Assembly (NCBI GenBank): GCA_035294265.1
Contig: DATGLK010000102.1
Coordinates: 19,614-83,613, forward strand
DNA length: 64,000 bases
Source of the DNA: Candidatus Binataceae bacterium
GTDB taxonomy: Bacteria > Desulfobacterota > Binatia > Binatales > Binataceae
Reading direction: 5' to 3'
Under the pieces are notes generated by a model, which was not told the origin of the DNA, made no database searches, and saw nothing but the letters and a program-made list of their open reading frames with translations. How positions within the stretch are numbered: the stretch's first letter is position 1; the number at the start of each line of letters is the position of its first letter. The position numbers and the translations under genes are program-made. Of this stretch, positions 28,666-38,737 are shown piece by piece.

Positions 28666-29928
28666 ATGGCCTTGCCGAGCTTTGCGCGAACGGGCTGGTT
28701 TATCATCGTGGGCTGCTTCGTCGTTACCTTGCTGGCGGTTGGCCCCGCTATCGCTGTGGTAGGTGTGTTCTTCCTGCCGCTGATCAAGGCCTTTGGCTGG
28801 AGCCATGGGCAGGTCGCGCGAATTGCCGCGGCCAACATGTTGGCCACCGGGCTGTTGTCGCCGGTTGCCGGCTGGCTGGTGGATCGGATAGGTGCGCGGC
28901 GAGTGATGAGTATCGGATTAGTGGTTTTTGGCACCGGCTATATCGGCGCTGCGCGCACTCACAGCTTGTGGCCGATGGTCGCGATGTGGGGCTTAGCCGG
29001 CGCCGGCGGTGCCGCCACCGGTCGCGTCCCGATCATGGTGCTGATGGTCGAGTGGTTCAAGGAACGCGCCGGCAGCGCAGCGGGAATCGCCGGCGCCGGA
29101 GTTTCCTTCGGAATGATGCTGGCGCCGCCGCTGGTGACCATGCTCATCGCACGAGCCGGATGGCGCGCCGCGACCTTAGCCTTGGCCATTCCCATCCTGC
29201 TGATTGCCTTGCCAGTGGTGTTGCTCACCGTACGCAGCCGACCGCCCAGCGTAGACGAGCCGCGGTTAGCCCAGCAACCCATCGAGCTGCCGGGCTTGGA
29301 ACTTGGGCCGGCAATTCATACCGGGGCGTTTTGGCTGGTACTCTTGGCCGAATGCTTGTTCATGTGCGCCAACCTCGCAGTGGTCGTAAACCTGATCATT
29401 TATGTGGTGGAGCTGGGTTACTCACCCCAGGCCGCGGCCTGGATGTTCAGCCTGCTGACCCTGATTGGCGCGCCCGGCACCATCGTGGTGGGCTGGCTTA
29501 TCGATCGGTGGACCAGTCGGCGGATGTTGATGGGCACCTGCTTTTTGCTGGCCTTTGGAATCATCAGCTTGATGCTCGCTCAGAGTCCTTACATTCATGG
29601 CTGGGGAGTAACAGGATGCGTAATGGTGTGGGGCACGGCGGCAGGTTCTTTCGGTACCTTTCTGCCCTTGCTAATTGCCGATACTTTGGGCCTGCGCCGT
29701 CTGGGTACGCTCAGCGGGCTGGTCTTGTTCATCGCGACCTTTGGCACGGCGATGGGACCAGTCATGGCAGGTCATATCTATGATCGTACCGGCAGCTATG
29801 CTCCCGCTTTTGGCGTTGCGCTGGTGCTGTGTCTTGCTGCAGCTCTGATGCTTTGGCTGGTGCGTCCGGCCGAAGGTCGCGACGTGGTACCGCGCCCCGA
29901 GGCCGTGGCAGCTGCCACCGAAGTTTGA
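28666..29928 (+). CDS. MFS transporter (paralog 3 of 3)
   Basis: Start moved to ATG 28666 (AGGAGG at 28654-28659). GWLVDRIGARRVMSIG signature region; co-linear with the other two MFS paralogs. Confidence 0.8.
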   Translation: MALPSFARTGWFIIVGCFVVTLLAVGPAIAVVGVFFLPLIKAFGWSHGQVARIAAANMLATGLLSPVAGWLVDRIGARRVMSIGLVVFGTGYIGAARTHSLWPMVAMWGLAGAGGAATGRVPIMVLMVEWFKERAGSAAGIAGAGVSFGMMLAPPLVTMLIARAGWRAATLALAIPILLIALPVVLLTVRSRPPSVDEPRLAQQPIELPGLELGPAIHTGAFWLVLLAECLFMCANLAVVVNLIIYVVELGYSPQAAAWMFSLLTLIGAPGTIVVGWLIDRWTSRRMLMGTCFLLAFGIISLMLAQSPYIHGWGVTGCVMVWGTAAGSFGTFLPLLIADTLGLRRLGTLSGLVLFIATFGTAMGPVMAGHIYDRTGSYAPAFGVALVLCLAAALMLWLVRPAEGRDVVPRPEAVAAATEV

Positions 29929-29993
29929 GCTCAAGCTCGTGCTCGCCACGGCGGCTCGCTTCCACGAGCTCTCAATACCTGTGCCTGTGGTTT

Positions 29994-30995
29994 CTATGCT
30001 TTGGCGACTACATCCCGCATGCTCTCATTGGCATGGCTCATCAAAGTTGGGAAAAGCGCCCTCGCGTTGGTTTCCAGAATCTGGGTCGCTTCGCCCGGCG
30101 AAAGGTCGGCTTCCCGAATAAGATTTACGGATGTCCGGTAATGGTCATCTTGCTGATGAAGCGGATAATCGCTGCCAAAAACCAAACGCGCAGCGCCGAA
30201 CATTTCGCGCGCGCAACGCAGCGCGGGCAGAGAATTATGGGCAACCGTATCGTACCACATGCGACGAGCGGTCACACTGGGCGCTTCGGTAAGCTGGAAG
30301 CGCGTGCCGTAAGTAGGCCGCGTATGATCCATGCGGCCCAGAACCATCGGTAGCGCCCCGCCCAGATGCGACGCGATTATCTTCACCCGCGGGTAGCGCA
30401 GCGGAATCTGATACACAATGAGTTGCGCGGTAATGACGGTGTCTTCCATGGGCGCGCCAATGGCCCAGGTCAGGCCATGTTCGACAATCAGCGGCGCGCA
30501 CAGACTGTTGCCCGCGGGGTGGACGAATAGCGGCAAGCCGCGCCGATTGAGTTCCTCCCACAGCGGAACGAAGTGGGGGGCGGCGACCGACTGGTTGAGC
30601 ACCGATGCGGTCACGTATGCGCCGACCATCCCTAATTGGTCCAGCGCGCGCTCCAACTCACGCAGCGAATCGTCGAGATGGGGCAGAGGCAGGGCAGCGT
30701 ATGCGCTGAAGCGCTGGGGATAGCGCTGGCTGAGTTCTGCGTATTCATCGTTGACCAGCCGCGCCGCCGCGCATGCCTGTTCGCGCTTGTCGCTATAGGG
30801 ACTGCTAGCGCCCGCGGAAAGCACTTGCATCTGAACCCCAGCCCGATCCATGGCCGCAAGCCGGGCTTCGAGCTGGCCGGGCCGATTGCCACTGCCGGAC
30901 AGATTGCGCAAAAAAGCGCCGCCCTGGCCCTTGCCGCCGCTGATAAACTCGATGTAGGCGTCGGGATGGTAATGGGCATGAACGTCGATGATCAT
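29994..30995 (-). CDS. amidohydrolase-2 family protein (paralog 2)
   Basis: IDVHAHYHP, FVHPAG, ASHLGG, FGSDYP; ~55% identical to 12825-13775 over the central region by eye. Confidence 0.8.
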   Translation of the reverse strand: MIIDVHAHYHPDAYIEFISGGKGQGGAFLRNLSGSGNRPGQLEARLAAMDRAGVQMQVLSAGASSPYSDKREQACAAARLVNDEYAELSQRYPQRFSAYAALPLPHLDDSLRELERALDQLGMVGAYVTASVLNQSVAAPHFVPLWEELNRRGLPLFVHPAGNSLCAPLIVEHGLTWAIGAPMEDTVITAQLIVYQIPLRYPRVKIIASHLGGALPMVLGRMDHTRPTYGTRFQLTEAPSVTARRMWYDTVAHNSLPALRCAREMFGAARLVFGSDYPLHQQDDHYRTSVNLIREADLSPGEATQILETNARALFPTLMSHANESMRDVVAKA

Positions 30996-31205
30996 TTAGC
31001 TCACCTTGGGCAAGAGCTGCCGACCCCGCCGGCATGTTATCGCGATTGACCGCAAAACTCTATTGTCGAGGAATCCAAACATTGGCGGCGATAACCCTCC
31101 TTTATTCTCGCTGGTTTGTCGGCAACGGATTTGCTATCGCTTGGCCAAAGGGGAGTGGAGGCGAAGGGCGGGGTTCGGGCCCTTTCACAGGAGGTGCGAG
31201 CGACG

Positions 31206-32435
31206 ATGGCTGATTCAATCGCGACCGCATCCGAGGCGCAGGCACAGAGCAGCGAAGGCGCCAAAGACCATTTGCTGGAGGAGCTGGTCCAGCGCGCGCG
31301 CTCAATGTATCCGCGATTGCGAGAGCGTGCCGGAGCAGCCGAACGGATGCGCCGGCTGCCGGCCGAGACCATGACGGAATTCGCTCAAGCCGATTTCTTC
31401 AAAACGCTTCAGCCCTCTCGCTACGGCGGTTACGAGTTGGATTATGGTACCAGCCAGGTACGTATCGGCACCGAATTGGCGCGCGCCTGTGGCTCCAGCT
31501 CCTGGGTATTTTCGATCACGGCCTGCCACAGTTGGATTGCGGGCATGTTTCCGCTCGCCGCCCAAGAAGACGTTTGGAGTGCGGGACCGGAAACTTTGCT
31601 GGGCAGTTCTTTTGCTCCCGAGCAAGTCCGCGTCGAGCCAGCCGGCGGCGGTGTAAAACTGTGGGGACAGTGGAAATTTTCCAGCGGGGTGGACTTTGCG
31701 CAATGGGTAATCCTGGGAGGATTGCCAATCGCATGCCCTGGCGGCCAGCCTGAATTGCATTGGTGTCTGGTGCCGTTAGGCGATTTTCGCGTGCTTGACA
31801 CCTGGCATGCGGCGGGCCTACGCGCCACCGGCAGCAATGACGTGGTGGTCGAAGGCGCTTGGGTGCCCGCGCATCGGCTGGTCCCGGCGCGCGCTTTCTA
31901 CGAGGGCAGCGGCCCGGGAACTGCGGCCAACCGCTGCCATATCTTTCGCTTGCCGCTTTCGGGCTGTTTTGGCTACAACCTCGCGGCTCCCGCGCCGGGG
32001 ATCGCGCAGGGCGCGCTGGAGGCTTTCTGCGAGCGCGCCAAGAATCAGCCGCAACGGGTCGGTCGCCCGCGCATCGCCGATAACGAACTCAACCAGTTGC
32101 AGGTGGCAGAAGCGGCTGTGATGATCGAATGCGCGAGCTGGCTCTTGCTGCGCGACGCCCGCGATCTCAACGATACCGCGCGACGCGGGCAGCCGATCAA
32201 CCCCGCAATGCGCGCGCTCAATCGGCGCGATTTGGCTTATGCCGGCCAGCTTTGCCTGCGTGCCGTCGACCTAATTAATTCCATGAGCGGTGCGCACGGG
32301 ATCGACGAAGACAATCCGGTGCAGCGCTCCTTCCGCGACCTTCACGCCTTAACCGCGCATATTGGAATGCAATGGCGCAACGCTGCCGGCGATGGGCAGT
32401 ATCGGATGGGCCAGACGATTCGCGAAGGCTGGTAG
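31206..32435 (+). CDS. flavin-dependent monooxygenase, acyl-CoA dehydrogenase fold (paralog of 22592-23833)
   Basis: Start moved to ATG 31206 (GGAGGTG SD). FKTLQPSRYGGYELDYGTSQVRIGTELARACGSSSWVF, GVKLWGQWKFSSG, GLRATGSNDV. Confidence 0.6.
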   Translation: MADSIATASEAQAQSSEGAKDHLLEELVQRARSMYPRLRERAGAAERMRRLPAETMTEFAQADFFKTLQPSRYGGYELDYGTSQVRIGTELARACGSSSWVFSITACHSWIAGMFPLAAQEDVWSAGPETLLGSSFAPEQVRVEPAGGGVKLWGQWKFSSGVDFAQWVILGGLPIACPGGQPELHWCLVPLGDFRVLDTWHAAGLRATGSNDVVVEGAWVPAHRLVPARAFYEGSGPGTAANRCHIFRLPLSGCFGYNLAAPAPGIAQGALEAFCERAKNQPQRVGRPRIADNELNQLQVAEAAVMIECASWLLLRDARDLNDTARRGQPINPAMRALNRRDLAYAGQLCLRAVDLINSMSGAHGIDEDNPVQRSFRDLHALTAHIGMQWRNAAGDGQYRMGQTIREGW

Positions 32436-32493
32436 TGCGGGGCAAGCGCAGGACGAAAGACCAGAGCGTCGGTCGCACTCCTCAGCGGAGCCC

Positions 32494-34209
32494 TCAGGCC
32501 GGAGCAATCACGGGTAGCAACAAGTAGCTGTCGCGTGGGCCGCCGGTATAAATCGTGTGGTTACCCGAAAACCGCGCGGGATCACGATCTTGCGGATGGT
32601 TGTGCAGAAAAGTGCCCGAGCCGGAACCCGGACCGTGAATTCCGTCGCGCTCGAAGTCCTTACCCTGCAGTACCAGCGTGATCCTGGACCCGACCGGCAG
32701 ATAAAGGCTGGCGGCCCAAATCTCGACCTCGATCTGGTACACCTTGCCGGGTTCGAGAGGCGCGTATTCGTCGAATGGATGGAACGGTTGATACTCGGTA
32801 GAGCGCCACGGGTCGACTTTGCGTTGCGTGACACGCAACCAGCCTTGGGATACCGGGGTGCGGGGTTCGGTGGAAGCCGCGAAGGTCATTTCCTTGCCAT
32901 CGGGCCCGAACGCGCACAGGGTCGCGAACATGTCCATGTCGGGGCGATCGCAAGAAACTTGGAGCTGCGCCTTGATGGGGCCGGCGAACTCGAGCTCGTG
33001 CTCCAAGGGTGCCGTCGTAAAGGCCACCCCTTCGCTGAGCGCCGCATAGGTGACCGAAGCACGCGCGCCGGGGCGGCGCATCTTCAACGAACGATCGGCC
33101 GCATCCAAATAAAAACGCGTCCAACGGGTGTTGGAAAGGGGCCATTGTTCGTCGATGATGGTGCGGTGCACGGTATCGCCCGGTCCACGCACCGTCACCT
33201 CGACGCGCGGCTCGCGTTCCCAGCCATTGTCGAGACCTTTTAGATAGCGGTCGAAGAAACGGCGCTGCAACTCAAAACTTTGAGGTATAAAAAATGTCAT
33301 GAAGTAGGAGTGGGATTGAATCTTAAGCCACTTCTCCAGCGAATTGATGCGATTGAAGCCGTCCACGGTACCGCTCAGATGCAGCCCGAGGCCACCCCAG
33401 TTGGCAACGATTAGCGCCGGAATCTCGATCCGTTCCAGCTTGGGAATGCGTTGGGCATACCAATCGTCCAGCAGCGGATGGGCCAGAATATTGGCGATGT
33501 AATCGACCCGGTTGGCGCGTAATTCCTCGGCTGAAAGCTTGACCACCGCGCTGTTGGGCTGCCCGGTGTAGAGGTCGATAAGCCGGCAGTCGGGATTGCC
33601 GTACTGGTCGCCGTATACGCTGCGCGCCAGCCATGACTCGACGAAGCCGTTGTTGAAGATGCCACCTTGACGAGTGCGACCACGGTAAAAGTCCCACGTC
33701 CCTTGCCAGGGCAGAATCGCGGCCAGGTGCGGCGGGCGCAGGGCGGCTACGTTCCATTGGCTGGCCGCATAGTAGGAGATGCCGAGCATCCCGACCTTGC
33801 CGTTGCTGACATCTTGCACGCCAGCCCATTCGATTGCATCGTACAGATCGTCGTACTCGGCCGGCGAATTGGCGTCGAGCTTGCCCGGGCTCTTACCAGC
33901 GCCGCGCGAATCAACATGGATGACCACGTAGCCATGTGGCACCCAACGCTCGGGGTCGGGCCGCTCGAAACTCATGTACTTGCCCGAGGAATTCTCGAAG
34001 ATCTCCGGCGCATCGCGCTGCAACCCCTCCCACACCGAGGGCATGAAGCTGCTCAGGTGTACATCCTTGCCGTAAGGCCCCAGGGTTAAAATCGTCGGGT
34101 AGCGTCCTTCGGTTGAGGGTCGAAAGCGGTTAGCGCGCAGGCGCGCCCCGTCGCGCATCGTAATCTCGATGTCACGCTCGACCACCATTTCAAGCAAGGT
34201 TTCGGCCAT
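32494..34209 (-). CDS. CocE/NonD family hydrolase (paralog 3)
   Basis: ITMRDGARLRANRFRP, GYVVIHVDSRGAGKSPG, GMLGISYYAASQW. Confidence 0.8.
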   Translation of the reverse strand: MAETLLEMVVERDIEITMRDGARLRANRFRPSTEGRYPTILTLGPYGKDVHLSSFMPSVWEGLQRDAPEIFENSSGKYMSFERPDPERWVPHGYVVIHVDSRGAGKSPGKLDANSPAEYDDLYDAIEWAGVQDVSNGKVGMLGISYYAASQWNVAALRPPHLAAILPWQGTWDFYRGRTRQGGIFNNGFVESWLARSVYGDQYGNPDCRLIDLYTGQPNSAVVKLSAEELRANRVDYIANILAHPLLDDWYAQRIPKLERIEIPALIVANWGGLGLHLSGTVDGFNRINSLEKWLKIQSHSYFMTFFIPQSFELQRRFFDRYLKGLDNGWEREPRVEVTVRGPGDTVHRTIIDEQWPLSNTRWTRFYLDAADRSLKMRRPGARASVTYAALSEGVAFTTAPLEHELEFAGPIKAQLQVSCDRPDMDMFATLCAFGPDGKEMTFAASTEPRTPVSQGWLRVTQRKVDPWRSTEYQPFHPFDEYAPLEPGKVYQIEVEIWAASLYLPVGSRITLVLQGKDFERDGIHGPGSGSGTFLHNHPQDRDPARFSGNHTIYTGGPRDSYLLLPVIAPA

Positions 34210-34263
34210 TTCCTATCCCCCCTAGATTTTTCGTCGCGGTGAGAATCAGCCGAAGCCGGCTCC

Positions 34264-35127
34264 TTATGACTTGGCCTGCCGGCGAGCCGTAGCCAGCTTG
34301 TAGATGTTGCTCACGTTGAGCCGGTTGACCATCTCGTCGAACTCCATCAACCCCTGCCCGATCGGATACGGGTCGAGCTTCTTAACCTCGATTGGCTGGC
34401 GCAACGCTTCCTCCTCGGTCATTCCCTTGTCTATGAAGCCCTCGACCAGGCCGATCCAGTTGTGCAGCACCTCCGCCTGCTTGGTGAGATACTCGCGCCC
34501 GCACGGCTCGCCGTGACCGGGAATGATATTGTCGCAATCGAAGCCTGCGATTCGTTCCAACGCTTGCAGCCATTCCCAGGGATCACCTTCTTGAATCCAG
34601 GACTTGGTGCCTTGGAAGATATTGTCGCCGGTAAACAAGACCCCTTCCTCGGGACAGAAGATCGCCGTTTGTGGCTTGGTATGACCAGGGATGTGATGGC
34701 ATTGGAATGTGTGCTTGCCGACCTGCAGCGTGAAGCTCTCGCTGAAGATACGAGTCGGCGGATTGGGCGGGTAATCCGGATGGCCGAGTAAAAAGACGCT
34801 GTCGGGATGATCCCTTTTTGCGCGCTCGACTTGCTCCGCCAAGGGGATACGGTTGAGGTCGGTGTAATAGCGCTCCTTGATGCCCACTTGTCCGATAACC
34901 TCGACGCCGGGAAAATACTGATTGCCCGAGATGTGGTCGATGTGAGGCTCGGTGTTGATCAGATATTTCGGCTTGCCGAATTCTGCGATACGCTCACGCC
35001 ACTTCAGCGAGTCGATCGGTAGGAACGGCGAGTCGATCATCACCACGCCCTCGCTGGTGACGACAAAGCTCGGATTGCACCCGGTGAAATATATTTCAGT
35101 GTAAGAGTTTTCACCCACGCGTCGCAT
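34264..35127 (-). CDS. MBL-fold metallo-hydrolase
   Basis: Start moved to ATG 35127 (AGGAGGGG SD). HxHxDH motif in TEPHIDHISG; downstream His/Asp ligands (HIPGHT, GHGEP). Confidence 0.7.
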   Translation of the reverse strand: MRRVGENSYTEIYFTGCNPSFVVTSEGVVMIDSPFLPIDSLKWRERIAEFGKPKYLINTEPHIDHISGNQYFPGVEVIGQVGIKERYYTDLNRIPLAEQVERAKRDHPDSVFLLGHPDYPPNPPTRIFSESFTLQVGKHTFQCHHIPGHTKPQTAIFCPEEGVLFTGDNIFQGTKSWIQEGDPWEWLQALERIAGFDCDNIIPGHGEPCGREYLTKQAEVLHNWIGLVEGFIDKGMTEEEALRQPIEVKKLDPYPIGQGLMEFDEMVNRLNVSNIYKLATARRQAKS

Positions 35128-35311
35128 TGGTCCCCTCCTGAAAGCTAGCGCTTTCCGCGCGGTCGTTGGACAACTTAGGCCAGCCTGTGCGTCAGCGTCA
35201 AGCAGCGCCGTCCCCGCAGGGGACCAGCTCGTCAGACAAAACGGTGAACGGGTTTTGCAAGCCACTTTCACATCCCGCCAGGAAAGACACGCGCCAAAAG
35301 GCACGCGCACC

Positions 35312-36682
35312 TTATTCGGAGCCGTGCTCGCCCCTGTCACAATCAGCATAGCAACTTGGCGCACGTTGCAATCCCATATGCTCGCGCAAGGTCCGACCTG
35401 TATAACCAACCCTCACCAGGCCGCGCGATTGCAATTCAGGAAGCAGCAGTTCGCAGATCTCGTTCAGCTCCCCGGGCAGATAGGAGGGCTGCAAAATAAA
35501 GCCGTCGCAGGCATTAGCCGTAAACCATTCCTGCATTGTATCGGCGACTTCGGTTACAGATCCGACCAAAGTCAGTTTGCCGCGGCTTCCGGCCAACCGC
35601 TCGTAGACTTGGCGGATAGTCAATTTCTCACTGCGCGCCATCGCAATTATATTTTTCAGCGTGCCTTGGCCTGCAATCGTCGAAGACGGAATTTCCGGGA
35701 TCTGGTCGTCCGGTGAATAATTCGACAAATCCACGTCACCCAGCAGCATTCCCAGATAGTCACGTCCGACCACCGGATGGATAAGCGACTGGAGATAGTC
35801 AAATTTTTCGCGCGCTTCGCTCGTACTACTTCCAACCACAGCAGTAAGGCCAGGGAGGATCAGCATTTGCTCGGGGCGGCGGCCGTAGCGCGCCATCCGC
35901 CGCTTGACGTCATGGTAATGTTCGAGTTGACCCGCCAGCGTCAGCTCAGAGGTAAACACGCCTTCGCCCACGGCCGCGCACAACTCGCGTCCGCTCTCGG
36001 ATGTGCCAGCCTGAAAGATTACGGGATAGCCCTGAGGTGGCCGGGGTACGTTCAGCGGTCCGCGCACGGTGAAAAACTTGCCGCGATGGTTAAGCAAATG
36101 AAGCTTGGCCGGATCGAAAAAACGCCCGCTTTCTTTGTCCCGGATAAAGGCATCGTCATCCCAGCTATCCCATAGTCCTTTGACCACCGCAACGAACTCG
36201 CGCGCCCGCGCGTAGCGCTCTTCGTGCTCGAAATGCTGCTCCCGGCCGAAGTTATAAGCCTCGGCCACATTGCCCGAGGTAACCACGTTCCAACCCGCTC
36301 GACCGTGGCTGATATGGTCGAGCGAGGCGAATTTGCGTGCAACATTGTAGGGCTCGTTGTAGCTAGTGGTTGCCGTGGCGACCAGGCCGATACGCTGAGT
36401 GACCATCGCCAGCGCCGAAAGCAGGGTGATCGGCTCGAAGTAAGCGGTGTATTGCGCCGAGCGGCTCAGGCTTTCCGGACGCGCTTCGCGCACCGCCGCA
36501 GAGTCGGCAAAAAAGATGAAGTCCAGGCCGGCGCGTTCCGCGCGCTGAGTGATTTCGACGTAATGCTCGATGTTAATCGCGGCATCCGCCTGCGCCCCCG
36601 GATGGCGCCAAGAGGCTATGTGATGGCCGGTGTGGTTGAAAAAAACCCCCAGGTGCATATGGCCTGGTCGCGGGTTGGCCAT
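35312..36682 (-). CDS. LLM-class FMNH2-dependent monooxygenase, NtaA/SnaA/DszA family
   Basis: Start moved to ATG 36682 (AAGGAG SD). MHLGVFFNHTGHHIASWRHP N-terminus is typical of this family; ~456 aa. Confidence 0.75.
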   Translation of the reverse strand: MANPRPGHMHLGVFFNHTGHHIASWRHPGAQADAAINIEHYVEITQRAERAGLDFIFFADSAAVREARPESLSRSAQYTAYFEPITLLSALAMVTQRIGLVATATTSYNEPYNVARKFASLDHISHGRAGWNVVTSGNVAEAYNFGREQHFEHEERYARAREFVAVVKGLWDSWDDDAFIRDKESGRFFDPAKLHLLNHRGKFFTVRGPLNVPRPPQGYPVIFQAGTSESGRELCAAVGEGVFTSELTLAGQLEHYHDVKRRMARYGRRPEQMLILPGLTAVVGSSTSEAREKFDYLQSLIHPVVGRDYLGMLLGDVDLSNYSPDDQIPEIPSSTIAGQGTLKNIIAMARSEKLTIRQVYERLAGSRGKLTLVGSVTEVADTMQEWFTANACDGFILQPSYLPGELNEICELLLPELQSRGLVRVGYTGRTLREHMGLQRAPSCYADCDRGEHGSE

Positions 36683-36725
36683 GTTGCGCTCCTTTGAGCC
36701 GGCGCTTTTGCGAACGATACGGCTG

Positions 36726-38060
36726 CTAGGCAACCCCCAGTCCCGACTGGCGCGCCATCTGCTCCAGTTGTTTCATCTCCAGGTTATGCACGAGATGGGG
36801 CGCGCCGTAATCGCTGATCAGGCGTATCGGGTCGCGCTCGCGCTGGCCCGCGCCACGCATCGCCGGCGGCTTGAGCTGACCTTCCAGGTAGGCGCCCAGA
36901 TAGCGTCCGTGCGCAACCATCTTTTCTCCGAATTCGTGCTGCCCGCGCTCGTAATCGGCCAGCGCGGCGTCGATATCGTCGCGACTGCTCAGCGCATCGA
37001 CCAGGCAGGCTGCATCCAGCGCCGCCTTGGTCGCGCCGGCGGCGACATGGGGGCGCGCCACGGATCCCGCATCGCCCACTAATGCCACCCGCCCCATCAC
37101 CAGCCGCGGCGCCACCATGTCGGTTATGGGCTGAAGGAAGGGTTGCGCGGTGCGCTCAATCACGGTGGCAAGAGCCGGGGCGAAGAGGGCTCGGGCGTTT
37201 TGCTTTACCTCGGCCACGAACTCGGGACGAATCAGGGGCGGCGGAATCGACATGCCGTAATACTCGCCGTTGGTCGCGGTACATAACTCCTTGACCCGCT
37301 CCCAAGGCGTCGGCCGATACCAGATAAAATAGTAGCGCCGATGGCCGGGACGCATGTCGTCGCCCGCCCCCGGCACCGGCATTGCCAGGGCCATCTCGCC
37401 CGGGGGAAACGAAAAGGTAAGCTTGTCAAAGAATTGACGCTGCAAAATTGCCGGGATATCACCCTCTTCCATGGTGCCGCGCCAGGCCACGTAACCCGCG
37501 TAGCAGGGTTGGACTTCGGGCATGTACTGCCTGCGAACGGTCGACTGATTGCCGTCGGCGGCGATTAGCAGATCGGCTGTCGCCCGGCTACCGTCGGCGA
37601 AGACCGCGACCACCCCGCCAGCCGTCTGCTCAACGCGGAGAAGCGAAGTAGCGGGATGGTAGATGTCGGGGGAAACCGCGGCGCGCAGCGGTAGATAAAT
37701 TCGCGACCAAGCGCTGGCGGTGCTGCTCCGGCGATGCTCCCAGACGACACGCCCCTCGCCATCTAGCCAGACCGAGCTGTTAATCGCTACCGCGAGCGAT
37801 GGTTCCAAGCGCGCCTGGGCGCGGCCCAGGGCTTCGGCCAGTTCCTTGGTAATGCCCAAGCCAGCGCCGCGCGAGGCCAAGTTCTCGCGCGAGCGCTCAA
37901 AAATGCTCACCTGCCATCCGGCCCGGTGCAGGAAGCAGCCGGCGAATAGGCCGCCGAGCGAGCCGCCGATTACGATGGCGCGTTTGCCGCGTGAGGTCGA
38001 AATGGCGCTATTTCCCCGCCCCTTGGAACTCCCAGGTGTGCCCCTCGGGGTCCTGGACAA
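36726..38060 (-). CDS. FAD-dependent aromatic-ring hydroxylase-type monooxygenase (start codon uncertain)
   Basis: Rossmann KRAIVIGGSLGGLFAGCFL, DG motif LIAADGNQSTVRR, GD motif LVGDAGSVARPHVAAG. There is no ATG/GTG/TTG between the stop of the upstream VOC gene (38008) and the Rossmann motif. Candidate starts are an in-frame TTG at 38060 (a 53-nt overlap with the VOC gene) or a rare ATT at 38001-38003. Confidence 0.65.
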   Translation of the reverse strand: MSRTPRGTPGSSKGRGNSAISTSRGKRAIVIGGSLGGLFAGCFLHRAGWQVSIFERSRENLASRGAGLGITKELAEALGRAQARLEPSLAVAINSSVWLDGEGRVVWEHRRSSTASAWSRIYLPLRAAVSPDIYHPATSLLRVEQTAGGVVAVFADGSRATADLLIAADGNQSTVRRQYMPEVQPCYAGYVAWRGTMEEGDIPAILQRQFFDKLTFSFPPGEMALAMPVPGAGDDMRPGHRRYYFIWYRPTPWERVKELCTATNGEYYGMSIPPPLIRPEFVAEVKQNARALFAPALATVIERTAQPFLQPITDMVAPRLVMGRVALVGDAGSVARPHVAAGATKAALDAACLVDALSSRDDIDAALADYERGQHEFGEKMVAHGRYLGAYLEGQLKPPAMRGAGQRERDPIRLISDYGAPHLVHNLEMKQLEQMARQSGLGVA

Positions 38061-38433
38061 AGACCTGCGGCGCACCGACCAGGTTGGAAACCTCCTCGAA
38101 GTGGATACCCACGGCGCGCAGACGGGCGCGCAAGACATCGATATCCTGGACCATCCAGGCAGTATGTCGCCCGGCCGGCGCCATGCGGGCATCGGGGCCC
38201 GGCGAATACTCATCGTCCTTGGCGATGAGGTGGACCTGGATCCGGTTTTCGGCGTCGCTTAGCCAAGCCCCCGGACCGATATCGTCCAGCGCTTTGGGGC
38301 GCGGTAACAGCCGAAGCCCGAGCAGTTGTTGATAGAATTTGACGCAGGCCTCCAGATTTTTAACCTTGCAAGGCACGCCTTCGTGGATAACGCCGACGAA
38401 CCCTACCGAGGGCTGAGTTGTGACCGTGTCCAT
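38008..38433 (-). CDS. VOC family protein (glyoxalase-like)
   Basis: VIHEGVPCKVKNLEACVKFYQQLLGL...VHLI...AWMVQDIDVLRARL...EGHTWEF; 141 aa. Confidence 0.7.
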   Translation of the reverse strand: MDTVTTQPSVGFVGVIHEGVPCKVKNLEACVKFYQQLLGLRLLPRPKALDDIGPGAWLSDAENRIQVHLIAKDDEYSPGPDARMAPAGRHTAWMVQDIDVLRARLRAVGIHFEEVSNLVGAPQVFVQDPEGHTWEFQGAGK

Positions 38434-38737
38434 AGCTTACCTCGCAGCTGGGTCTAAAGTGTGCGATGGTACCCCAAGCTTAACAAAACGCCATGCTGGC
38501 TTTTCGGCGCAGTAAGATATGACCGCCAAGTTAGTCAATTCCCGTGCCGCCGACAAGTTTCGCTTCGCGCTGCGGCTTTTCGCTTCCAGTTACTGGAGAG
38601 TGCTCGGCAAGCAGTGTCAGCTTGGGTTTTATGCCTCCCCAGGTGGCACTGCCCAATCGCAAAATCGATAAAGCAACGGGGCTGGCGGAGTGATCCGCCA
38701 GCCCCGCTGCTTACGGTGCGGGCAGGTGCCCGGACAC

